Assembly: GCA_020636045.1 (NCBI GenBank)
Contig: JACJYP010000006.1
Coordinates: forward strand, 5,733-69,732
Length of the DNA stretch: 64,000 bases
Reading direction: 5' to 3'
Source of the DNA: Lewinellaceae bacterium
GTDB taxonomy: Bacteria > Bacteroidota > Bacteroidia > Chitinophagales > Saprospiraceae
This document shows, piece after piece, positions 54,809-62,910 of this stretch. The position numbers were made by a program, and so were the translations under genes. Position 1 is the first letter of the stretch. Every line of letters starts with the position of its first letter. The notes below the pieces were generated by a model that worked only from the letters and a program-made list of their open reading frames with translations, was not told where the DNA came from and made no database searches.

Positions 54809-57643
54809 ATGAAAAAACTGATCTTTTTTGCCTGCTTTCTCGCCTCCCTCTTACCGAAAATAAATGCCCAGGTTACCTGCGATCCGGTGTTCCCCTCGGT
54901 CACCGACAACGTGACCATTTACTACGACGCTTCTCAGGGAAATGCGGCCCTTGCGGGTTTTGCCGGACCTGTCTTCGCACATATGGGTGTCATCACCGAC
55001 CAAAGCAGTTCTCCCAGCGACTGGAAACATGTGGTCACGACCTGGGGCGTCAACGACCCGGTGGGCGCCATGACCAGTGCAGGGACCAATCTCTGGAAAA
55101 AAACCTTTACCATCAATACGTTTTTCAACATACAACCCGGCGAAACGGTACTGAAACTCGCCTTCGTGTTCCGCAGCCAGGATGGAAGCGTCGTGGGGCG
55201 TGCTGCCGACGGCTCCGACATTTTTTACGACCTGGTGCAGCCAGGCAGTCCGCTGCAAACCTTTTACACTGCTCCGCAGAGCAGTGCTTTTCTGACGGGC
55301 TCCGGCACGCAGATCCCGGTCACCGGGGTATCGTCACAGACGGCCAATCTGTCTCTGTTTGAAGATGGCTCAGCGAAAGCCTCGGCTTCCGGAAAAAGCC
55401 TTAATCATACCCTGACTGCCGGCGCTGCCGGCGTGCATCGCGTCGACTTCGTGGCTACGACAGCCACGGAACAGGACACGTCTACTTTCCTGTATGTGGT
55501 GCCGGGCACAATTGTGACTGCCGACCCGCCTGCAGGCACTGAATCAGGCATCAATTATATCGACAACAACACCGTGCGGCTCTCTCTGTATGCGCCGAAC
55601 AAACAGGTGGTGCATGTAATGGGCGATTTCAACAACTGGCTGCCCGGTGTCAGCGACCAGATGAAACGCGGCAGCGACGGCGCCACCTGGTGGATCGACG
55701 TGCCGGGGCTGACACCCGGACAGATTTATCGCTTTCAGTATCTTGTTGATGGCGCCCTGCGCATTGCCGACCCCCTGAGCACCCTGGTGCTCGATGCAGG
55801 CAACGACCCGTTTATTCCCGCCGCTACGTACCCCAACCTGCCGGCGTATCCTACCGGAAAAACTTCCGGTACGGTCTCGGTTTTCCAGACGGACCAGCAG
55901 CCCTTCAACTGGCAGGCTTCCAACTACCAGCGACCGAAAAAAACAGATCTTGTGGTGTATGAGCTGCTGATGCGCGATTTTCTCGCTGCGCACGATTACC
56001 CGACCCTGCTCGACACGCTCGATTACATCGAACGGCTGGGTGTGACGGCCATCGAACTGATGCCCGTGAATGAATTCGACGGCAACAACAGCTGGGGCTA
56101 CAACCCTTCTTTCCACAAGGCGCTCGACAAATACTACGGCACCGCAGATGCCCTGAAAATGGTCATCGACGAATGCCATCAGCGCGGCATCGCCGTCATA
56201 CTCGACGTGGTGTTCAACCAGGCGTCGGGAAACAGTCCCCTGGCGCAGCTGTACTGGAATGCCGCGGCCAATACCCCGGCGGCCGATAATCCGTGGCTGA
56301 ATCCTCAGGCTACGCACCCGTATAGTGTATTCAATGATTTTAACCATGAAAGCCAGGCGACAAAAGCCTATGTGAAAAACTGCCTGAAATACTGGCTCGC
56401 GGAGTTTCGGGTGGACGGATTCAGGTTCGACCTGTCGAAAGGGTTCACCCAAACCGTGACGGGTGGCAACGTGGGCGCCTGGGGGCAGTACGACGCATCG
56501 CGCGTTGCGATCCTGAAAGATTATGCCGATTTTATCTGGTCGCTTGACCCGGAGAATTATGTCATTTTGGAACACTTCGCCGACAATACCGAGGAAAAGG
56601 AACTCGCCGAATACGGCATGATGCTTTGGGGGAATATGTTCGGCTCTTATAAAGAAGCTGCTTTGGGATATAATCTGACGGGCTCGCAGACGGATATGAG
56701 CTGGGTCTCCTACCAGCAGCGCAACTGGAACGTGCCGCACCTGATCGGCTACATGGAAAGCCACGATGAAGAACGCATCGGCTACGAATGCGCCACCTTC
56801 GGCAACGCAGCAGGTGATTACAACGTGAAATGGCTGCCCGTGTACGGCAAGCGCATCGAACTGATGAACAACCTGTTATTCACGGTGCCGGGCCCGAAAA
56901 TGCTCTGGGAATTCGGCGAACTTGCCTATGATTTTCCTATCAACCTGTGCGAGAACGGCAGCATCAACTCTGGTTGCCGCACGTCTCCCAAGCCTGTCCG
57001 CTGGGACTTTGTAAACGACCCATACCGCCGGCGCGTGCTCGATGTGACAACGGCGCTGCTGCAGTTGCGCAAATCATACGACGTATTTGAAACGACGGAC
57101 TACCAGATCAATATCGGCCCCGGAACCGGCAGAACGGTACGACTCAATTCGCCTTCGATGAACGTACACGTGATGGCAAACGTCGCCCTCGTCACCGGCA
57201 GCGTCACGCCGAACTTCCAGCACACGGGCACCTGGTACGAATACTACACCGGCACAACGCTCGACGTGACGAATGTAAATGCCCCGCTGGACCTCGGCCC
57301 GGGTGAATATCGCCTCTACACCGACCAGTTCGTAGCGCTGCCGCCCAATGTGAACCCTACGCCCGTGCGTGAGATCGCAGGTATCCTGAGCGGGCTCGAA
57401 TTGTACCCCAACCCGGCCGGCAATTATTTTGCCCTTGATTTTTCACTCGATGAAAGTGCGCGTGTGGTGGTGGAAACCTGCGACCCGACCGGCCGGCTTA
57501 TATACCGCAACGAAACGGGTGAGTTGCCTTCCGGCCCGCAGCATATCGAAATTCCTTCCGGTTCGTGGCAACAGGGTGTATATTTCATCCGGGTGCGCGA
57601 CGACCGGGGCGGACAGTTGACAAAACGCCTGGTAAAATATTGA
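54809..57643 (+). CDS. Secreted GH13 alpha-amylase-family glycoside hydrolase with T9SS sorting domain
   Basis: Signal peptide MKKLIFFACFLASLLPKINAQ. GH13 conserved regions (GVTAIELMPVNEF, VILDVVFNQ, DGFRFDLSKGF, ILEHF, YMESHDEER). CTD LELYPNPAGNYFALDF...GVYFIRV. Confidence 0.9.
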   Translation: MKKLIFFACFLASLLPKINAQVTCDPVFPSVTDNVTIYYDASQGNAALAGFAGPVFAHMGVITDQSSSPSDWKHVVTTWGVNDPVGAMTSAGTNLWKKTFTINTFFNIQPGETVLKLAFVFRSQDGSVVGRAADGSDIFYDLVQPGSPLQTFYTAPQSSAFLTGSGTQIPVTGVSSQTANLSLFEDGSAKASASGKSLNHTLTAGAAGVHRVDFVATTATEQDTSTFLYVVPGTIVTADPPAGTESGINYIDNNTVRLSLYAPNKQVVHVMGDFNNWLPGVSDQMKRGSDGATWWIDVPGLTPGQIYRFQYLVDGALRIADPLSTLVLDAGNDPFIPAATYPNLPAYPTGKTSGTVSVFQTDQQPFNWQASNYQRPKKTDLVVYELLMRDFLAAHDYPTLLDTLDYIERLGVTAIELMPVNEFDGNNSWGYNPSFHKALDKYYGTADALKMVIDECHQRGIAVILDVVFNQASGNSPLAQLYWNAAANTPAADNPWLNPQATHPYSVFNDFNHESQATKAYVKNCLKYWLAEFRVDGFRFDLSKGFTQTVTGGNVGAWGQYDASRVAILKDYADFIWSLDPENYVILEHFADNTEEKELAEYGMMLWGNMFGSYKEAALGYNLTGSQTDMSWVSYQQRNWNVPHLIGYMESHDEERIGYECATFGNAAGDYNVKWLPVYGKRIELMNNLLFTVPGPKMLWEFGELAYDFPINLCENGSINSGCRTSPKPVRWDFVNDPYRRRVLDVTTALLQLRKSYDVFETTDYQINIGPGTGRTVRLNSPSMNVHVMANVALVTGSVTPNFQHTGTWYEYYTGTTLDVTNVNAPLDLGPGEYRLYTDQFVALPPNVNPTPVREIAGILSGLELYPNPAGNYFALDFSLDESARVVVETCDPTGRLIYRNETGELPSGPQHIEIPSGSWQQGVYFIRVRDDRGGQLTKRLVKY

Positions 57644-57794
57644 CCCGGTAAGCGCTTGCGCCGGATTGCGGGAATGGTTATTTTTGAAGAACCATCCTGT
57701 ATGAAAAAATGACCCAAAAGAACGGTGGCATCCCGCTTTGACGGGACCGCCGTCATTCCGTCCGCCCGACGCAAGCGCGGACGTCAGCATACCC

Positions 57795-57828
57795 GGGGCG
57801 AACGATACAACGTTCGCCCCTTTTTATC
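57795..57828 (+). terminator. Strong rho-independent terminator
   Basis: Perfect 10-bp stem GGGGCGAACG (57795..57804) / CGTTCGCCCC (57811..57820), a 6-nt loop, then TTTTTATCTTT. It lies ~150 nt after the GH13 stop and 8 nt before the GT4 ATG. Confidence 0.85.
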
Positions 57829-57835
57829 TTTGTTC

Positions 57836-58873
57836 ATGCGCATCCTGTGGATCACACCCGGCTTTGCCGCCGATGAAGCCGATACGGCCTGCATTCCGCC
57901 CCTGCAATTGCTGGCCCGGGAGCTACTGACACAAGGTGTTGACTTGCAGATCGTGGCACTGGAATACCCGTTCAGAAAAGGGGCTTATTACTGGTCTGGT
58001 GTACAGGTTTTTCCCAGCGACGGCCGCAACCGGCGCTGGCTCAAAGGACGCACCCTCTGGCGGGCTTGGCGCCGTTGCCGGCAAATCATACATGAATCTG
58101 AAGTGACGGCGATTCACAGTTTCTGGCTCGGCTGGTCCTCGGTAATCGGGGAAAAACTGTCGCGGCAATATCGCATTCCGCACTTCACTACCCTGATGGG
58201 TCAGGACGTACTTCCCGGCAACGGACTTTTTTTGCGCAGGCTTTCCGGTGAACGGAGCAACCGCCTGGTGGCGCTTTCTGCCTTTCAAAATGAAATTTTC
58301 GAACAGAATGCCGGATTCGGAGCCGGTCATGTCATTCCCTGGGGCATTCCTGCCCGTGAAATACAAACCGGCATGTCATCAGCTAGGCCGATCGATGTGC
58401 TTGGAGTTGGCTCACTCGTCGCGGTAAAAAACTGGGATATGTGGCTCGAAACCATTGCTGCCGTGCATACTTCGATGCCCGGCCTTCGCGCCATGCTCAT
58501 CGGTGACGGTCCTGAAAAAAGCCGGCTGATGCGATATGCCGGCCGAATGGGTTTGGAAAGCACCGTAGAATGGGCTGGCGGCCTGTCCCGTGAAGAAGTC
58601 CTGCTGCGCATGCGGCAGGCCAGGGTGTTGTTGCACACGGCCAGGTTCGAATCGTACGGATTCGTGCTGGCGGAGGCTGCGGCCAACGGCTGCCGGATCG
58701 TGAGCACGCCCGTAGGCATTGCCGCCGACCCTGGCGGCACGGCGTCGGAGGCGCCCCGGCTGGCCGAGTTGCTGATAAATGCATTGGGCCGGCCCGTTCA
58801 AAACGAGCCGGCCCAGCCGTATTCTGTAAACGAAACTGCTTCGGCCTACCTGCACTTGTACGCAGGCAGGTAA
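57836..58873 (+). CDS. Family 4 (GT-B, group 1) glycosyltransferase
   Basis: MRILWITPGFAAD start typical of GT4. C-terminal E-x7-E region ESYGFVLAEAAANGCRIVSTPVG. The upstream part of the listed ORF (from 57725) is Arg-rich and contains the terminator hairpin. Confidence 0.85.
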   Translation: MRILWITPGFAADEADTACIPPLQLLARELLTQGVDLQIVALEYPFRKGAYYWSGVQVFPSDGRNRRWLKGRTLWRAWRRCRQIIHESEVTAIHSFWLGWSSVIGEKLSRQYRIPHFTTLMGQDVLPGNGLFLRRLSGERSNRLVALSAFQNEIFEQNAGFGAGHVIPWGIPAREIQTGMSSARPIDVLGVGSLVAVKNWDMWLETIAAVHTSMPGLRAMLIGDGPEKSRLMRYAGRMGLESTVEWAGGLSREEVLLRMRQARVLLHTARFESYGFVLAEAAANGCRIVSTPVGIAADPGGTASEAPRLAELLINALGRPVQNEPAQPYSVNETASAYLHLYAGR

Positions 58874-58877
58874 GGTT

Positions 58878-61727
58878 TTATTTCAGATAATTTTCTTCGA
58901 AAAATTCGCGGTAACCGTCGAGCGTCCTGTTTTTCAGGATGCGGCGGTAGTTTTCCTGGGTAATGGCAAAGAACTCCTTGTCGTACTTTTTCTCTTCGGA
59001 CTCACCGAGAAAATCGGCCTGATCCTTTACTTCGTTGTAGTAGCGCATCGCCTGATTCTTGTTGTCAAATTTTCGGATCACAACAAGTGGGTTTTTGGTG
59101 TCGGCGCCGAGGAAAATATTGGAAATGCGGAGTTGCTCCAGGCGGTGATTTTCCCGGTTGTAGTCTGAAACGGAGACCTTTACATCGTCGAGCCGGATAT
59201 CATCTCCCCTGAGCGATACGATGAAGTAGTGAAGTTTGTCGTCTTCCTTCGTAAAAGCGTCGTCGATCACGACATCGTTCTTTTTCTTGTCCTCCACTTC
59301 GAAACCTTTGCAGGAGATCAAACGGGCGATCTCCTTGGCGCGGGTCGCTTCGGCGCTTTCCGGATAGCGACCGATCACCTCTGCCAGTGCCTGGCAGTAA
59401 GCATCATTGCCCTGCAGGTTGCCTGTACAAAGCGCGCTCAGGAGAGCGAATTTTGCCATAAGCGGATTTTGCGAGCCGTATTTCTGCGGCGCTTCCTTGC
59501 AACGCTCGAAAGCATCCTGATACTTGCCGTCCTGGAAAATGGTGAACGTCTGCTCGTAGTAGGAGTTGAGTTCGCGTTCGCGCGCTTTGGTGGCATTCAT
59601 AAAGTTGGGGTCGGTCAGCGCACGTGCATAGGAGCTGTTGGGATATTTTCCTACCAGTTTGTCGAGATAATACTTTGCTTTTGACGCGTTTTTGAGATCG
59701 GTAAATGCCAGATAGAGATAATACCAGGCCTCCTTTTCGTATTTATCCATGTCCGGATACCGCGTCAGCATTTCTTCGAGCGTCACGGCGCAGCGCATGT
59801 TGTGCTGCAGGCGGTCGCGATAGAGCGTACCCAGCTGATACATGGCCTCGTAGGTGGCCAGGTGCAGTACGGTGAGTTCCGCTTCGCTTTTGGGGATAGA
59901 AGCGAAGAGGTCTTTCAGTTCCGCATCGCTCACGGTATTCACGCGGGCGCTGTCCTTTTTGGCGATCTCTTCCCCTACAGGTCCTGTCAGCGGGCGGTTG
60001 CTGCGGCGCCAGTTATCTTCAAGTTTGCGGTTGCCCCACACTTTGTTGAAGTCCCTTTTCCCTTTTTTCAGGAAGGCTTCGTTGTAAAAATAAAACGAAG
60101 AAGGCCTGTTGCCGGCGAGTGGCGGCGGCGCCTTGGCAGCGCCCGGCGGCGGTGCCGCAGCCTGTGCCCGCGCTGCCGCTTCAGCTTCTTCTTCGCGTTG
60201 CTTTTTGATCTTTTGCGCCAGTTCCTTGCGCGCATCGTCGTCCATGTAAAAAATACGCACGATGCTGTCGTTGGCGGCGATCGTCTGGATCAGGCGGGCG
60301 ATGTCCTTCAGGTTTTCCGCATAATCCTTCACACGCTGCTGACGCTCGTCGAGTGCAGGCAGCACAGTCAGGGTACTGTCGTAGTAGTTCTTGGCCAGCA
60401 CGAAGTTTTCATCCTCGTAATACAGATCGGCGAGTTTCAGGTACGACTCGGCGCGTTGTGCAGTGTTGTTCTGGTTGTAATCGAGCGATTGACGCAGGTA
60501 GGCGATGCCGTCTTTTTTCAGGCCGTCCTTCAGTGCGATGTCGGCCATCACATAGTAGATCTGGTCGCGGTATTCTAGGTTTTTGTCATCCTTGGCCATA
60601 CGCTCGAGCGAGCGGTTGGCGTCGGCGCTGCTGATCTGCCGGTTGGTCCATCCGGCCTGTATCTGGTGAAGCCGGGCGTTGAACTCCATCTCGTAAGCGG
60701 GGTTGCTCGACAGCACCGTTTCGAGGGCGGCATACGCCTGTTCGTAGTTTCCGGCGCGCTCGTACAATTGCGCGAGGATGTAGGCGAGTCGCGCACGGTC
60801 TTTTTTGCGGCGGGTCAATTCGATGGCCCGGGAAAGCGGGGGAATAGCCCGGTCGTATTTCTTTTGCTTTACCCACAGGTATGCCTCGGCGGTGGACAAT
60901 TCCGCCCGCAGCCCTTCCGGAAGCCAGGGGTCCTCCCACAGGTCGCGGAAAAGGAATTCGGCCTCGTCGTACTTCTCGCGTTCCGTAAGCGTGCGGCCAA
61001 ACCAGATCATCGCCTTGGGGTAGGCGGCTTCACGCTGCCAGCCCTTGTCATAAGGATTCTCGCCAGTGGGCTTTATGTCAGCAGCAGTAACGGCAGGTGC
61101 TGCAGGCGCTTCCGGTTTGTCGGTCGCCGTATTGGCAGGCTGTTCTTCATCGGGCTTTTTATCGGCCTTCTTTTTCTTTGAAGACTTCTTCTTCTTCTTT
61201 TTCTTCTTCTTCTTTGACTTTCTCTTCTTCGACTTCTTCTTCTTTTTCTTCTTCTTCACCTTCTCTTTTTTCTTCTTGGAGCTCAGTTTTTTCTTTTTCG
61301 GATCATGCTCGTCCTTGATCCATTTGAAGGTGTTTTCGGCCGTCTCGTAATCGCGTTTCATGAACTGCGCCTGCCCGATCAGCGTATAGCAGTCGTCTAC
61401 CCACTCGCTGGGGCGGTGAAGTGCAATCCCTTTCGATGCTTTTGTGATCACATTGTCCAGATCGCCGCGCGCCGATTGCGGATCAACGGCGGCCTCCGGG
61501 TATATATCGAGCAACTGGTTGTAGTTGTCCGTATGCTGGTCGGCCAGTTGTTCGGTCGTGAGCGTAAACAATTCATCGGCATTGAACCAATAATTGTACT
61601 TGGAAGTCACGTTGTGGTAGCCGCGTTTGAACCAGCCCACATCTTCGCCTTTTTTCTTTTTGGTTACACAACCGGCCGACAGGATCAGCGCCGCCAGTGT
61701 CAGGGTTATGACAAAGCTATTTTTCAT
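58878..61727 (-). CDS. sprE: TPR-repeat lipoprotein, likely T9SS component PorW/SprE
   Basis: Lipobox LILSAGC. The YHNVTSKYNYWFNA segment right after the lipobox is what I recall for SprE/PorW homologues. There are many TPR-like helices (YEQAYAALETVL, AESYLKLADLYYEDENFVLAKNYYD, AWYYLYLAF, AKYYLDKLVGKYP). I use the ATG at 61727. The listed ORF start at 62105 overlaps the divergent M23 gene. Confidence 0.6.
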   Translation of the reverse strand: MKNSFVITLTLAALILSAGCVTKKKKGEDVGWFKRGYHNVTSKYNYWFNADELFTLTTEQLADQHTDNYNQLLDIYPEAAVDPQSARGDLDNVITKASKGIALHRPSEWVDDCYTLIGQAQFMKRDYETAENTFKWIKDEHDPKKKKLSSKKKKEKVKKKKKKKKSKKRKSKKKKKKKKKKSSKKKKADKKPDEEQPANTATDKPEAPAAPAVTAADIKPTGENPYDKGWQREAAYPKAMIWFGRTLTEREKYDEAEFLFRDLWEDPWLPEGLRAELSTAEAYLWVKQKKYDRAIPPLSRAIELTRRKKDRARLAYILAQLYERAGNYEQAYAALETVLSSNPAYEMEFNARLHQIQAGWTNRQISSADANRSLERMAKDDKNLEYRDQIYYVMADIALKDGLKKDGIAYLRQSLDYNQNNTAQRAESYLKLADLYYEDENFVLAKNYYDSTLTVLPALDERQQRVKDYAENLKDIARLIQTIAANDSIVRIFYMDDDARKELAQKIKKQREEEAEAAARAQAAAPPPGAAKAPPPLAGNRPSSFYFYNEAFLKKGKRDFNKVWGNRKLEDNWRRSNRPLTGPVGEEIAKKDSARVNTVSDAELKDLFASIPKSEAELTVLHLATYEAMYQLGTLYRDRLQHNMRCAVTLEEMLTRYPDMDKYEKEAWYYLYLAFTDLKNASKAKYYLDKLVGKYPNSSYARALTDPNFMNATKARERELNSYYEQTFTIFQDGKYQDAFERCKEAPQKYGSQNPLMAKFALLSALCTGNLQGNDAYCQALAEVIGRYPESAEATRAKEIARLISCKGFEVEDKKKNDVVIDDAFTKEDDKLHYFIVSLRGDDIRLDDVKVSVSDYNRENHRLEQLRISNIFLGADTKNPLVVIRKFDNKNQAMRYYNEVKDQADFLGESEEKKYDKEFFAITQENYRRILKNRTLDGYREFFEENYLK
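61155..61298. repeat. Polypyrimidine (CTT/TTC-rich) low-complexity tract encoding a ~48-residue poly-lysine insert
   Basis: The plus strand is almost pure C/T (cttctttttctttgaagacttcttcttcttctttttcttcttcttc...). On the minus strand it encodes KKKKLSSKKKKEKVKKKKKKKKSKKRKSKKKKKKKKKKSSKKKKADKK, residues 144-191 of the lipoprotein. Confidence 0.9.
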
Positions 61728-61950
61728 GCTCAAACAGGTGCAGAGTTGGTTGGAATGGTCCCCCACCATGGGCGGACGAAAGGAAAAGGCGCTTTTTGAG
61801 GGGAAAAGGTTGTCCAAAAAACAAAGGATTAACAAAAAAATCGGCAACACAGGGGCTTTTCCGGGCGTTCGCAATTCTATTTGACCGAACTTTGCCTTTC
61901 GAATCGCTTTCCCGCCCCCACCCCGGTCTCTCATTTTCTTACGTTCCGGT

Positions 61951-62901
61951 ATGCAAAAGTATTTTGCTTTTATAAAAAAGTTCTTCGACTTCTTCCGAAA
62001 ACATGGCGACGACGACCGCAGCCTGATGGAGAAGATGCGCGATAAATATCGCCTGGTACTCATGAACGACGATACGTTCGAGGAGGTGACATCGATGAAG
62101 CTCACGCCGCTTTCCGTCTACGTGGCATTCAGTTCCCTGATCGTAGGTACGGCGCTGCTGGTCACGGCGCTTATCATCTGGACGCCGTTAAAACGCTATA
62201 TCCCCGGCTACGGTGATTTTACACGCGATGAGGAGATCGCCCAGCTGACGTCCAAAGTTGCCAACCTGGAAGACGAGATCAAGGCGCACCGCAATTACAA
62301 TGACAATATCCGAAAGATCCTCGCGGGCGATATGTCGGAGATGAGCGAAACCGCTGCGAAATCTCAGGGCATGTCTGCGGATTCCATGAATAACATTCCG
62401 GCAGAAGATATAGAGCGCATCCCCGAAGACGAGCAGTTGCGCTCGGAAGTGGCGGAAGGCACTTTTACCCGCGATCCGGCCGTGGCGACGGCCAGCCTGG
62501 CCATTGTACCGCGCGACGTGCCGCTCGAACAACTGTTTTTTGTGCCGCCCGTGTCGGGCGAAATGACTTCAGGATTCGATCTGCAAAAAAACCATTTCGG
62601 CATCGATGTCGCTGCACCGAAAAATACTGCCGTCAAATCGGCAGCCGACGGCGTGGTAATTTCAGCCGGCTACACCGTGGAAACGGGCTACAGCATCGCC
62701 ATCCAGCACCCGAACAACGTGGTGACGATGTACAAACACAATTCCGTACTCCTCAAGCAAACGGGCAGTACTGTGAAAGCGGGCGAGGCCATTGCCATCA
62801 TCGGCAATTCGGGCGAAAACACCTCGGGGCCGCACCTGCACTTCGAACTTTGGTACAAAGGCCGCCCCGTCGATCCCGGTGATTACATCAATTTCAACTG
62901 A
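61951..62901 (+). CDS. M23-family peptidoglycan DD-metalloendopeptidase
   Basis: N-terminal TM anchor, a coiled segment, then HFGIDVAAP (HxxxD) and GNSGENTSGPHLHFELW (HxH) zinc motifs. Confidence 0.88.
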   Translation: MQKYFAFIKKFFDFFRKHGDDDRSLMEKMRDKYRLVLMNDDTFEEVTSMKLTPLSVYVAFSSLIVGTALLVTALIIWTPLKRYIPGYGDFTRDEEIAQLTSKVANLEDEIKAHRNYNDNIRKILAGDMSEMSETAAKSQGMSADSMNNIPAEDIERIPEDEQLRSEVAEGTFTRDPAVATASLAIVPRDVPLEQLFFVPPVSGEMTSGFDLQKNHFGIDVAAPKNTAVKSAADGVVISAGYTVETGYSIAIQHPNNVVTMYKHNSVLLKQTGSTVKAGEAIAIIGNSGENTSGPHLHFELWYKGRPVDPGDYINFN

Positions 62902-62910
62902 ATATGGCGC

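Noticed and set aside
61066-61350. Plus-strand ORFs encoding poly-Phe/Ser (FFFFFFFFFFDFLFFDFFFF...).
   Set aside because: This is the antisense reading of the poly-lysine tract in the PorW/SprE-like gene and is an artefact of the homopyrimidine run.
61728-62105. N-terminal 126-aa extension of the listed 1075-aa ORF. Similar upstream extensions occur in listed ORFs for folA (to 40119), PNP (to 40808), CNNM (to 32262), the giant Asp-box protein (from 50973), GH13 (from 54719), GT4 (from 57725) and others.
   Set aside because: The extensions overlap neighbouring genes or promoter regions, are Arg/Ser-rich or AT-rich nonsense, and several begin at TTG or GTG. Internal ATGs give proper signal peptides, lipoboxes or canonical family N-termini.
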